Assembly: GCA_049968255.1 (NCBI GenBank)
Contig: JBMFRB010000007.1
Location: forward strand, 1 to 64,000
DNA length: 64,000 bases
Direction: 5' to 3'
Origin: Candidatus Sumerlaeaceae bacterium
Lineage (GTDB): Bacteria; Sumerlaeota; Sumerlaeia; Sumerlaeales; Sumerlaeaceae
Of the stretch, positions 8,451 through 18,399 are shown piece after piece (positions within the stretch are counted from its first letter, which is position 1; each line of letters opens with the position of its first letter). A program made the position numbers and the translations under genes. Below the pieces are notes generated by a model. That model was not told where the DNA came from, searched no databases, and saw nothing but the letters and a program-made list of their open reading frames with translations.

Positions 8451-10880
8451 TCAAGTAGAAGTCTTTCGGCCGAGAATTTCGAGAAAAAGCAGCTCATAGC
8501 GCGCGGCAATTTGATGATAAGCCCAATGTTCCATGTAGCGGCGCGCATTTTGCCCGATGGTCTCTTTCCATTGGGGATCTTCGCAGAAGCGGCAGAAATT
8601 TTCAATCAGCACGCGTTTCTCACGTGCTCCGATCGGAACTTTCGGGCACACATCGTCGGGAAATTCGGCATATTGCCCCAGGGGAGTCACAAGGGTGGGT
8701 TTGCCCATAGCCAATGCGGCCACAAGCGTAGCCGAGGACTCGCCCATTGTCGGATAGCGCAGATTCACGCAGATATCCGCAAGCTCGAGGATCTCATAGA
8801 ACTCCGGTAAGGGGCGATGGCCAAGCACGCGAATGCGGTTTTTGAGACGGTATCTTGCAGCCATCTGCGTGAGTTCGCGAAGGACGATCCGATCGGCCGG
8901 GCCAACGAAAACAAGGTAACTCTCTGGAAATGCAAAATTGAATTCGCGAAATGCGGCAAAAACCTGCGGTAGACGCTTGAGACGATTTGCGACGCCTACG
9001 CACGCAATGACAAATGCGTTGCGGCTTAGGTGATACTTGCGCCTTAGTTCTTCACGTGGCGGACGCCCAAGACGTACCATACCGAGGTCTACGCCGAGGG
9101 GAATATGTTCAATGCAAGCGTGCTGAGGCGCCAATGAGTGAAGGTGGTCTTTCAGCCACTGTGAATGGACAACAAACGCACGGTGATGACGGAGCAGCCA
9201 CCGGGTCATGGGAACCTTCAAGGGATCGAGGTGCGCCAGATCGACAACTTTCCCGTGGCGTTCTCCGGCGGCTTTCTGCTCGCGCTCAAGCCATCGGTGG
9301 GCTTCCCCAGCCCAGCCGTATTCGCGTTCGAGGTGCTGAAATAGTCCTAAAATGCTGAAATCGTGGAGATCAATAATGCCGGGATAGAGCTCGACGTAGG
9401 GCAGCATGTAGGCATGAAGCACGTTATTGCCGAGCTCGTAGAGGATTAGATCGTAAGGACGGCGCTCGTGCTCGCGTTCAAATTCCCAATGGGGCCGTAC
9501 CGGAATCCGCTCGCGGATGAGTGGATGAGCAGGAACATAATCCTCGGTATAGCATTCTGGGTGCACGGTTTGGGAAAAGTTCAGCAGGAGCTGCTCGGCA
9601 AAGTCAGCAATCCCCGACATTTTTGGTGAGAGCGGAGTAAATACGGCAACGCGCAGGCCCCCCTCAGCACTTACCGAAGATACTGAAGAGGTTGGCAGCT
9701 GCCTCTCAATCCGGCGTGCAGCATCATGGTAGCATTCCACCAAGCGCTTTGCAAAATGCTGTGGTGAGAACTTGGACACCTGGACAAAACCACGAGCTTG
9801 CAGCTCAATCCGGCGGTCAGGATTTTCGAGTACTTCCTGAAGCGCTGCCGCAAAACCACGATGATCGTCCGGATCACACATGAGGCCTCCGTCGCCAACC
9901 ACCTCGGGCAAACTTGAGCGATTCGATGTCACCACGGGCACCCCTGCGGCCATAGCTTCCGCAACCGGCAATCCGAACCCTTCCAAACGAGACGGGAAAA
10001 ATAGTACACCGGCGCTTGCCAGGATAGCTGGAAAGTGCTCGTCAGGCACGAAACCAAGCAAGCGCACATGATCACTGCAGTGATGCTTCTGGGCTAAGGC
10101 GTAGAGTTGCTCTTTTTCAGCAGGGCTGAGCGAACACACAATCACGAGCGGGGCTCGAGCACGAAGGCGGGCGGCAAGTCGCCCATAGGCGCCAAATAGC
10201 GCCTGAAAATTTTTTCGGGGATGATAACCGGTTATACTGAGAACGTAGCCGGGCCAGAGATTGTAGTCAGCCAGGACTGCACCAATGCGTTCTGTTGTCC
10301 AACCAGCAAGGGGACGCTGCTCCACAGGCACGTAAGTAACGAACACATCCTCCTCGTCGAGATCGAACAAACGCACACAGTCGTCGGCCGTTGTGTTTGA
10401 GATTGCAGCAAATGCTTGCCAACTTCGGAGCACCCGCACACGCTGGCAGTAGCGCTCCCACGCCTGCTCATCGAACATTGGCTGACGCCGCTCGTTCATC
10501 AGTGCGGGAATTGCATCGAGAAGTGTCGCGACGATCGGACATGGGGCCGTGTGAGGGATGACGATGTCCGGCATGAGCGGACTTGTGACGTGAAAAACGT
10601 CGAGCGAATGGGCGGCTTTTGTCCGCCAGAGAAAATGAGCAACAGCACCATGGTCGAGATATTGCTCAGCTGTGCCGTCAAATTCTATGGGGACATACTC
10701 CGCACCTCGCGCGAGACATGGAACGACGTCTGGGGCGGGCTCTGGACTTCGGCCGAACAAGACGAGCTTATGTTCTGGCGCATGGCGCAGTAATGCTTCG
10801 ATTGTACTCCGACAGAGACGGCCTATCCCGCGCTTCGCCTCGAAAGTTTCGAGCGTCTGAACGTCAATTCCTATGCGCAT
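8451..10880 (-). CDS. Glycosyltransferase with two tandem GT4 (GT-B) modules
   Basis: MRIGID...RGIGR; EGFGLPVAEAMAAG; second module FTPLSPKMSGIADF ... LRYPTMGESSA. Confidence 0.88.
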   Translation of the reverse strand: MRIGIDVQTLETFEAKRGIGRLCRSTIEALLRHAPEHKLVLFGRSPEPAPDVVPCLARGAEYVPIEFDGTAEQYLDHGAVAHFLWRTKAAHSLDVFHVTSPLMPDIVIPHTAPCPIVATLLDAIPALMNERRQPMFDEQAWERYCQRVRVLRSWQAFAAISNTTADDCVRLFDLDEEDVFVTYVPVEQRPLAGWTTERIGAVLADYNLWPGYVLSITGYHPRKNFQALFGAYGRLAARLRARAPLVIVCSLSPAEKEQLYALAQKHHCSDHVRLLGFVPDEHFPAILASAGVLFFPSRLEGFGLPVAEAMAAGVPVVTSNRSSLPEVVGDGGLMCDPDDHRGFAAALQEVLENPDRRIELQARGFVQVSKFSPQHFAKRLVECYHDAARRIERQLPTSSVSSVSAEGGLRVAVFTPLSPKMSGIADFAEQLLLNFSQTVHPECYTEDYVPAHPLIRERIPVRPHWEFEREHERRPYDLILYELGNNVLHAYMLPYVELYPGIIDLHDFSILGLFQHLEREYGWAGEAHRWLEREQKAAGERHGKVVDLAHLDPLKVPMTRWLLRHHRAFVVHSQWLKDHLHSLAPQHACIEHIPLGVDLGMVRLGRPPREELRRKYHLSRNAFVIACVGVANRLKRLPQVFAAFREFNFAFPESYLVFVGPADRIVLRELTQMAARYRLKNRIRVLGHRPLPEFYEILELADICVNLRYPTMGESSATLVAALAMGKPTLVTPLGQYAEFPDDVCPKVPIGAREKRVLIENFCRFCEDPQWKETIGQNARRYMEHWAYHQIAARYELLFLEILGRKTST

Positions 10881-10964
10881 GATCAACTGAAGTCTGTGTG
10901 GTCGCGGATAGAGGAAGCAACACGTTTGAAGTGGGAGGAGAGTGAACTGGCACTTCGTGATGTC

Positions 10965-12308
10965 CTAGTGGGGTGTTTGGCCAGTTTTCTGCCCAGCGAG
11001 CACACAAATTCCTGCTTGGACCACTCTCTCAATGATTTCGATGGTTCGCTGTGCAGCACCCTGTTGAGAGAGAGCTGCCGCGCGGACGCGCTCCCCTAGT
11101 TCTTCACGTTTAATTGGATTTTCAAGTAGCTCACTCAAAACCTGCGCCAGAGATTGTGCATCGGCCACAATGCCGCCGTTGTGAGAAGAGAGAATGCGTG
11201 TGAGCTCGGGCTGCTTGTCCATGTGAGGGCCAAAAACCACAGGGACACCGTGAACAGCGGCTTCGAGCAAGTTATGCCCCCCTATTCCTGGGACAAAACT
11301 ACCTGCCACGAGAGCAACATCCGCAAGTGCATAAAGCTCGGCGAGCAAGCCCATCTTATCGACAAGAATGATTTCGCCCCCCGCCGCATCACTGTGAGGA
11401 ACAACTTCTGCTGTCGACACGCGGCGAACTCGGAATCGTGAAGAACTCAATAATTGCCACACTGCGTCGAAACGTTCAGGATGACGAGGAACGATGACCA
11501 ATCGGGTATGAGGGAATTTACTCTGGATGACGCGAAAGGCATCGAGCATAATCTCTTCTTCCCCGGCGTGCGTGCTGCCTGCAATAATCACAAGATGCTC
11601 TTCGCGCAGCCCCAACATTTGGCGAAGCTCGGCTAGGCGCAAAGGTGAAGGATGGGTGTATTGAACGTCGAACTTGCAATTGCCTGTGACAAACACGCGC
11701 TCCTCAGGCGCGCCCATGGCGATTATCCGGGAGGCATCTTCCCGCGATTGCATACAGAACGCAGAAATGCACCGAAGCGGCCGAGAGAAGAAATAGCTTA
11801 GGCGCTGATACGAGGCATACGATTTTTCTGAAATTCGGCCGTTGGCGAGAACGACGAGGCACCCGCATCGTGCAGCAAGCTCGATAGCATTGGGCCAAAG
11901 TTCTGTCTCCATGATAACAAAAATTCTCGGTCGATAGGTTGCGAGGAAACGCTCGACGACCCATGAGAAATCGGCTGGATAATAAGTGATTTGGTCCGCG
12001 AGCTGATCAAAGAGGCGATGCGCCGTTGCCTGCCCTGTTTCGGTCACGGTTGTCACGAGCAACGGCAAGTCCGGAAAAAGTTCGCGCAATTTCGGCGCGA
12101 GCGCCTTTGCGGCAACGCACTCCCCTACACTTACGGCGTGGAGCCACACGCACCCACGCTGCCATTTTGCCCGATGAGGCACATTCCAGTTGCGGCCAAA
12201 CATTCCCGGCAGACTCTCGCGATATTTCCCTTGGGTGCACCGACGGTAGAGAATGTGCGGGATGGCCAAGGGCGAGAGTGCAAGGTATGCGAGGTCGTAG
12301 CGCGTCAT
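10965..12308 (-). CDS. waaA: 3-deoxy-D-manno-octulosonic acid (Kdo) transferase
   Basis: WLHAVSVGE, TTVTETG, METELWPN, NGRISEKS, GNCKFD, GSTHAGEE, PRHPERF, GGHNLLEAA. Confidence 0.95.
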   Translation of the reverse strand: MTRYDLAYLALSPLAIPHILYRRCTQGKYRESLPGMFGRNWNVPHRAKWQRGCVWLHAVSVGECVAAKALAPKLRELFPDLPLLVTTVTETGQATAHRLFDQLADQITYYPADFSWVVERFLATYRPRIFVIMETELWPNAIELAARCGCLVVLANGRISEKSYASYQRLSYFFSRPLRCISAFCMQSREDASRIIAMGAPEERVFVTGNCKFDVQYTHPSPLRLAELRQMLGLREEHLVIIAGSTHAGEEEIMLDAFRVIQSKFPHTRLVIVPRHPERFDAVWQLLSSSRFRVRRVSTAEVVPHSDAAGGEIILVDKMGLLAELYALADVALVAGSFVPGIGGHNLLEAAVHGVPVVFGPHMDKQPELTRILSSHNGGIVADAQSLAQVLSELLENPIKREELGERVRAAALSQQGAAQRTIEIIERVVQAGICVLAGQKTGQTPH

Positions 12309-13468
12309 GGTTCTTCTTCGAGGTCAGGTTCCGTGCCGAAAATATACTTATAGACGTTCAGCAGCTCACGTGCCGTCCTTTTCCACGAAAAGCGTTGAAC
12401 ATTCTCACGGCCGAGCTGGACGAGCAAGTCGTGAAGCGATGGCTCGGAGAAGAAACGGGTGAGTCCCTCCACGATGCTGTCGCGATCATCCGGGTCTACA
12501 AGGATTGCGCCTTTTCCTGCAACTTCTGGAAGTGCGCCGTGAAGCGAGGCAAGAACGGGTAGATCGCTGGCCTGCGCTTCAAGCACGGGTAGCCCAAAGC
12601 CCTCATATTTTGTGACGAAATAGAGCAGCGTTGCAAGATGGTAGAAGACGCGGCGCTCGACTTCGCTTACTTGGCTGAAAATTCTTACGCGAGAAAGAAG
12701 GCCACGCTCGCGTACGCGAGCAAAGAAGGGATCAAAAAAACGATCAGGCTTTACGACCAGAACCCAGCAGATGTCGGTGTGCTCGGGGTGGCGTTGGATG
12801 AACTCTTCGAACGCATCGAGCATCATGGGCAGATTTTTGTTTGGACGCGTTGAACCCAAATAGAAAAGGAAGCGATCGGGAATATCATACTTATCGCGAG
12901 TATGCTCGATTTCATCACGGGTGGGCGGCTTAGCGACGTCAGGATCAATTCCCCCATAAATAACGAGAGCTTTAGCGGCGACATCAGGATAGAGATCTCG
13001 GATCCAACGCAGTGTTGCGTAGGAATCGCATATGAGGCAGTCGGCTTTTCGCATGACGGCCGGATATGTGGTGCGATAGAAAAGATCGTAGAGCAGACGC
13101 TTGAGCATTGGCCTTCGGCCAGTGAATTGCGGATCAAGCAGCGGCTGAAGGTCGTGCACCGTAACAAGCAAGTCGCCGTCCCACAGCAAGGGACTCAATG
13201 GATAGAGGGAGTGGAGAAGATCGACGCCGAGCCGGCGCACGAGTTGGTGTAGGGTCGCCACTGTGCGTAATGAGACCGGCGGTGCCGAATCTTCTATCAG
13301 CTCGAAATTTTCGCCCAGCTTGAGAGACCGTCGATAACTCGCATGTGTGATCACAACGTATTCGTTTTCGTGGTCGACGCTGGCAAGGGCTTCCAAGAGG
13401 TTCTCGGAATACACCCCTATTCCGGAGTAGTCTTCGCTGAGATAGCGGGCATCTATGGCGATCCTCAT
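12305..13468 (-). CDS. Glycosyltransferase family 4
   Basis: MRIAIDAR...SGIGVY, TVHDL, RPNKNL, EGFGLPVLEAQ; ATGA overlap with waaA. Confidence 0.9.
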   Translation of the reverse strand: MRIAIDARYLSEDYSGIGVYSENLLEALASVDHENEYVVITHASYRRSLKLGENFELIEDSAPPVSLRTVATLHQLVRRLGVDLLHSLYPLSPLLWDGDLLVTVHDLQPLLDPQFTGRRPMLKRLLYDLFYRTTYPAVMRKADCLICDSYATLRWIRDLYPDVAAKALVIYGGIDPDVAKPPTRDEIEHTRDKYDIPDRFLFYLGSTRPNKNLPMMLDAFEEFIQRHPEHTDICWVLVVKPDRFFDPFFARVRERGLLSRVRIFSQVSEVERRVFYHLATLLYFVTKYEGFGLPVLEAQASDLPVLASLHGALPEVAGKGAILVDPDDRDSIVEGLTRFFSEPSLHDLLVQLGRENVQRFSWKRTARELLNVYKYIFGTEPDLEEEP

Positions 13469-14754
13469 GCGACACCTCCGGCGTTGTTGCTAACACGTGG
13501 CGGGCGGCGCTCACTCGGGCCTAAAATTCGTGAAGCCATGCGGTGCGCAACCTCATTCCATGAGGATGAACGCGCTAGATCCACACCATGGCGGATGCGT
13601 TCGATGTCGGGGCTGTCGATGGCTTGGCGAACTAGTTCTGTAAACTCCTCGCGATCCCGAGCGATGAGGACCGTATGGGAAAAGAAGCGCACAACGTCCG
13701 GTATGGCCGTGGAGACGACAGGAATTCCCGCTGCAAGATACTCGAGCGTCTTCACAGGATTGAGCTTGGCCGTGGCTTCGTTGATTAGGAAAGGAATCAG
13801 TGCAACGGTAAAATTTTGTGCGTATCGCGGCAGCTCGTTGTGCGGTTTCAATCCCAGGTAATGGATGTTGGGCTTACGCGGAAGTCGGCTGGTATCCATG
13901 CGGATTGGTCCGACGAGAACTACCGAAGCTGCCGGGAATTTATCGGCGAGGAGTGCGATGAGATCATAATCGAGGCGGTCGCTTACGGATCCAAAATACC
14001 CAATCCGGGGCTCGGGCAACAAGGCAAGATCGGGGGGGATCTCACCGGCGGGGCGATTGAAAGCGTCGTAGTCCACGCCGCAGGGAATAAATTCGGCATC
14101 AGGCCGACGGACGCGGCGCTGATGCCAAAGTTCGTAGGTGCCTGTGGAAACAGTGTCTGCTTGATCAAGCAATTTCGCGTCGTACTCACGAGCCCACGCT
14201 GGCGCCCACTCGAACGCCGGAAAATCGTCAATGATATCGTAATGAAGTTTGGCCAGAGGCAAGATGCGCTGGTGTTGGCAGAAGAATAAGGCGTCGATCA
14301 CAGGCCAGGCAAACGGACTGTCGGTTACGCAACGAATTTCGCGGCTATGTTTGAGCCAGCGATGAAGAATCAGCGTCAGCAGCCAACAATTGAGCTTATA
14401 AATAAGTCGAGAACGGTAGTGACCGGGGAGAATCAGCGGCGAGAGGACAATGAGATCGCGCTGCCCTTCGGCAACAAAACTGCGCATATATTGCCAGCGT
14501 TGGCGCAGCGAGAAACGCCATCGGTGCAACTGCACAGGAGAGATGTAAACCGTGGGGATCGTCTGGCTCAACCGCGTGGCGAGTTCCTGGGGCCGCTGCC
14601 ACACTTCATCCCACATCACTTCTGAGAAGTACAGTAGCATGCGCTCGGGCGGCCAAGGCTGTTGCGCTAGGCCACGCAATGCGCGCACGGCGCACGTCAC
14701 AACGGCAGGAAGAAAAAGCACAAGTTCTATGAGCTGTCGCGCTTTTCTTAACAT
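13465..14754 (-). CDS. Glycosyltransferase, GT-B fold (TuaH-like)
   Basis: WQRPQELA, YDIIDDF, IGYFGSVSDRLD, NPVKTLEYLAAGIPVVST. Start uncertain (14754 or 14772). Confidence 0.85.
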   Translation of the reverse strand: MLRKARQLIELVLFLPAVVTCAVRALRGLAQQPWPPERMLLYFSEVMWDEVWQRPQELATRLSQTIPTVYISPVQLHRWRFSLRQRWQYMRSFVAEGQRDLIVLSPLILPGHYRSRLIYKLNCWLLTLILHRWLKHSREIRCVTDSPFAWPVIDALFFCQHQRILPLAKLHYDIIDDFPAFEWAPAWAREYDAKLLDQADTVSTGTYELWHQRRVRRPDAEFIPCGVDYDAFNRPAGEIPPDLALLPEPRIGYFGSVSDRLDYDLIALLADKFPAASVVLVGPIRMDTSRLPRKPNIHYLGLKPHNELPRYAQNFTVALIPFLINEATAKLNPVKTLEYLAAGIPVVSTAIPDVVRFFSHTVLIARDREEFTELVRQAIDSPDIERIRHGVDLARSSSWNEVAHRMASRILGPSERRPPRVSNNAGGVA

Positions 14755-14907
14755 TGCTGTGCTGCCGACCACGATGGCGTTGATGTGCCTCTCTCACGAA
14801 TTCGGTCTTGCATATTGGGCCTTCTTGCCTGGTACAGAATTTAGGCAAGAACGAAGTAGCCGAAAAGGCGCAAGTCGATGCAAGAGCCAACACGTGGAGG
14901 GTCGCAG

Positions 14908-15675
14908 ATGTCAGGCACATTCAGCAGTCAGCGTTCTCAGATCACAGTGAAAGTCAAACGTCAGCTATCTGCCACTGAGAAGCCGCACTGGGAAACGTTT
15001 CGCGTGGGGTATAGGCCAAGGATGAATGTGATTTCCGTTTTGCAGGAAATCCAGCTCAACCCCGTGACGGTGGAGGGCAAACGTGTGCCACCGGTTTCTT
15101 GGGATTGTAATTGCCTCGAAGAGGTCTGTGGGGCGTGCTCGATGATCATCAACGGCGTGCCGCGTCAGGCGTGCTCGGCGTTGGTAGATCAGCTCGAAGA
15201 TCCGATCATTTTGGAACCATTTACGAAGTTTCCGGTGATTCGTGATCTGGTGGTCGATCGCTCGTCGATGTTTGAGAATCTCAAGCGCGTGAAGGCCTGG
15301 ATCCCTATTGACGGGACGTACGATCTGGGGCCGGGGCCACGTATGGCCGAAGGGCTGCGCGCCAAAATGTACGAATTGTCAAAATGCATGACGTGTGGGT
15401 GCTGTTTGGAAGCCTGTCCTCAGGTGAATGACCACAGCGACTTCATCGGCCCAGCGGCGATTAGCCAGGTGCGCTTGTTCAACGCGCATCCGACGGGGAA
15501 AATGCACGCTTCGAAACGGTTAGAAGCGCTGATGGGCAAAGGAGGCTTGCACGACTGCGGCAATGCGCAGAACTGCGTGCGCGTGTGTCCGAAAGAGATC
15601 CCGTTGACGGACTCGATTGCTGAGATGGGGCGCGCGGTCACTGTCCATGCGTTGAAAAAGCTGCTGGATTCTTAG
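14908..15675 (+). CDS. sdhB: Succinate dehydrogenase/fumarate reductase iron-sulfur subunit (Bacillus-type)
   Basis: CLEEVCGACSM...RQACSA, CMTCGCCLEACP, CGNAQNCVRVCP; GGAGG RBS before ATG 14908. Confidence 0.93.
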   Translation: MSGTFSSQRSQITVKVKRQLSATEKPHWETFRVGYRPRMNVISVLQEIQLNPVTVEGKRVPPVSWDCNCLEEVCGACSMIINGVPRQACSALVDQLEDPIILEPFTKFPVIRDLVVDRSSMFENLKRVKAWIPIDGTYDLGPGPRMAEGLRAKMYELSKCMTCGCCLEACPQVNDHSDFIGPAAISQVRLFNAHPTGKMHASKRLEALMGKGGLHDCGNAQNCVRVCPKEIPLTDSIAEMGRAVTVHALKKLLDS

Positions 15676-15678
15676 CTA

Positions 15679-17064
15679 TTACCCATCAGCCGGTTTCTGG
15701 CGTTGGCTCGCCTGAGAAAAGGCGTAAGCGGCCACAAGCACGAAGGTTGGCATCACGCACACGAAACGTCGTGAGAAAGTGACATTGCGCGCAGCACCAA
15801 GCTGTTCCTGGCGCACTACGTAAATGGCCAAAATCCCTGCGAGGCACAGAGCTGTGGGGAAAATAGCGGGAAGAACAATCCGCCACGTACGCTGGCGAAT
15901 TCCTCGCGCGAGCCAGACAACCGCGAGGTGAGGAGCAACGCCGTAAAGCTCGGGGCGCAAAAAGATCTCGCTGAACCCCATCCACATCACAGTAGGCACA
16001 AAGTGCAAGCGACGTCCCCACCCCTTAGCAAAGCCCTCGGTGAAATCGTAATCTTGGGTCGTTGGCGGAATCAACGCTTTCGAGATCAACCACGGAACCG
16101 CGAAGAAACCAAAAAGGAATGCTACTCCTGCCACCTGCCATAAGCGGAGACGGCGTTCGTCCGCTGATAAAAGTGCAACCGTGAGCATGGCGGCAAGTGT
16201 CCCCGCGGCAAAAACAGCCCCTTCAATCTTCATGTGATACATTGCAGCCACTGCAAGCCCAATAAACGCTGTGGCGTGACGCGTGGGCTCGTGCATCCAG
16301 CGGATGAACCAGTAGGTTGACCAAAACGCGGCAACGCCGATGGCTGGCTCGCGCGCACCCTCGAGCCACCATTGGACAGAGGGCGCTGGCATCAGAAGCA
16401 TCGCCGCAAGAAAAACGAATCGGAGTTCGCCGGCGAACCATTCGCGAGCAACGCCGATGGCGAGGAAAACGAAGGAGAAGTAGAACCCAAGATGTGGGAT
16501 ATGAGTTGCAAGCTGACTGAAACCTGAGCGGCCACAGAAAGCAGCTTCGATGACTGGCAGAAGATAGGGGTGCTTGGGCATGGGGGCAATGCGCAAAGGG
16601 TCCCGCAAGCTTGGCGTGTAAAGCGTGTTTTCTGTGAGCAACACGCGCACGCGGTAGCTCCAGATCACGATGCTGTCATAGTCAACAGATGGCAAGCAGA
16701 TGGCAGCCAGCGTGGTCCAAACTGCAAGAGCAAGGATCCCTATGGCCAGGGCAATTGGAAAACGAGACGGTGTCGAGGTGCTCGAGCTTCGTGTCCGCCA
16801 ATGGCCCAAAATTTCGTTGCGCCGGAAAATGGTGATCACGGCCCCGAGTGCGCCAATGGCATAAAGCCACTGGGAATCGAAGGGGAAACTGAGACACAGA
16901 AGAAAAAGGAGGAAAAGGCCAGGCACAAGAAGGCCACACAGGAGAATAATAGCTGCTTTCGTGGCACGACTGTTGGCACTCAGCATGGTTGGGGGCACCA
17001 GCGAAAGAACGGCAGAGCCGATGCAGCACTGCGCAATCAGGGCGTGGATGAGAGAAGGTGTCAC
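15679..17064 (-). CDS. Polytopic membrane protein, probable GT-C-type glycosyltransferase
   Basis: More than 10 hydrophobic segments; first-loop motif DYDSIVIW...HPYLLP. Confidence 0.6.
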   Translation of the reverse strand: MTPSLIHALIAQCCIGSAVLSLVPPTMLSANSRATKAAIILLCGLLVPGLFLLFLLCLSFPFDSQWLYAIGALGAVITIFRRNEILGHWRTRSSSTSTPSRFPIALAIGILALAVWTTLAAICLPSVDYDSIVIWSYRVRVLLTENTLYTPSLRDPLRIAPMPKHPYLLPVIEAAFCGRSGFSQLATHIPHLGFYFSFVFLAIGVAREWFAGELRFVFLAAMLLMPAPSVQWWLEGAREPAIGVAAFWSTYWFIRWMHEPTRHATAFIGLAVAAMYHMKIEGAVFAAGTLAAMLTVALLSADERRLRLWQVAGVAFLFGFFAVPWLISKALIPPTTQDYDFTEGFAKGWGRRLHFVPTVMWMGFSEIFLRPELYGVAPHLAVVWLARGIRQRTWRIVLPAIFPTALCLAGILAIYVVRQEQLGAARNVTFSRRFVCVMPTFVLVAAYAFSQASQRQKPADG

Positions 17065-17822
17065 TGTCCCGCGAACCTCCGCAGTTGAAGTGGCTCTGTG
17101 GTGCTGAACGGCGCGTAATAAAGAATATGTTCGACGCCACGCTTGCGCAGCTCAGCACTGGCGGTGCTCGGAGACTCGACAGATAAAATCTCGCGGTCCA
17201 CATCATAGAATTGAATCGGATAAGCGAGGGCCGAAAACAGGTACCGGTTGAAGGTTCCTCCCTCAGCGTAAAGCCCCACCCGAGCGCGCGCTGGCATCTG
17301 CTGTTTGAACTTGAGCGCATGCTGATAGGCCTGCGGGACCCAATGATGGAAAATCTCGGATTCGCTCAGGTGGCATGGCAAGTGGTGAAACTTGCGAGAA
17401 AAATAACTATTTATATTAATAACGACCGAAATAGCAATCAGCGCTTGGATGGCAACGAAACATGCTGATGCAAACCGAGTGAATGGCGGTGTGATTATTC
17501 GGCTCAGTGAAATGCGATGCCACACAATTCTGACGGCTGCCAATAGCCAGAACACTGCCGCCGCGAGAGCAACCGAACGAGGTGCCAAGATCTGACGCTC
17601 AGTGGCGAAGCTTATGGGATAGCGATGGGGAACGAGTTGAACTAGCGACTGGCGCAGGATGGGCTGCCTAAGAATCAGCCACGCGAGAAAACCAAGTACC
17701 CCAGCGACCAAAAGTGCGGCAGTCTCACGCGGAACGTAACGCGATGAGATTTTGTCATGCTGAGAATTGGCGGAGTGAATTTGTTCGATATTCTTTGGCA
17801 TTACGAAAGAGTGCAAAACCAC
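17061..17822 (-). CDS. Hypothetical membrane protein (about 3 TM helices plus soluble C-terminal domain)
   Basis: Three hydrophobic segments; 4 bp overlap with the downstream gene; start uncertain. Confidence 0.55.
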   Translation of the reverse strand: MVLHSFVMPKNIEQIHSANSQHDKISSRYVPRETAALLVAGVLGFLAWLILRQPILRQSLVQLVPHRYPISFATERQILAPRSVALAAAVFWLLAAVRIVWHRISLSRIITPPFTRFASACFVAIQALIAISVVININSYFSRKFHHLPCHLSESEIFHHWVPQAYQHALKFKQQMPARARVGLYAEGGTFNRYLFSALAYPIQFYDVDREILSVESPSTASAELRKRGVEHILYYAPFSTTEPLQLRRFAGQ

Positions 17823-17855
17823 GAAGCGGAAATATCAAGTGCAGGCAGTGCGGCG

Positions 17856-18380
17856 ATGGCGGACTACAATGACCCGAACGAATTGCTCGCAATCGTGAAT
17901 GAGCATGACGAGGAGTGCGGCAGCGCGTCGCGCCGCCTCATTCACGAACTCGGTCTGTTTCATCGGGCGGTTCACGTGCTGGTTTTTCTTCCTGGTGGGG
18001 AACTTGTGATCCAGCGCCGCAGCAAAAATAAAGACACTTATCCACTTCACTGGGAATGTGTGGGCGGCCATGTGGCGGTGGGGGAAAACTACGAAGTTGC
18101 TGCCCTGCGTGAGGTGGAAGAGGAGTTAGGCGTGTCCGCGAGGGATCTGAAATTCGTTGTGAAACTCAATGCGAGCCCCACGACCGGTCAGGAGTTCATT
18201 TGCGTTTATCGTGCACAGGTCTCGCCTCCGCTACGGCCGAACAGCGACGAAATCGCGGAGTGGCGCAGCGTGCGCCCCCAAGAACTGTGCGAGATGATTG
18301 CGCTTGGTGCAGAACGTTTTTCTCCCGTCTTCCTTGAAACTCTCAAGGCTACAGGATTTTTCTCGCAAAGGCCCCAGTGA
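17856..18380 (+). CDS. NUDIX hydrolase (Idi/YfcD-like)
   Basis: HRAVHVLVF, QRRSKNKD, Nudix box GGHVAVGENYEVAALREVEEELG. Start moved to MADYND. Confidence 0.88.
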   Translation: MADYNDPNELLAIVNEHDEECGSASRRLIHELGLFHRAVHVLVFLPGGELVIQRRSKNKDTYPLHWECVGGHVAVGENYEVAALREVEEELGVSARDLKFVVKLNASPTTGQEFICVYRAQVSPPLRPNSDEIAEWRSVRPQELCEMIALGAERFSPVFLETLKATGFFSQRPQ

Positions 18381-18399
18381 TTTTGGGGCTGACTCTTCC

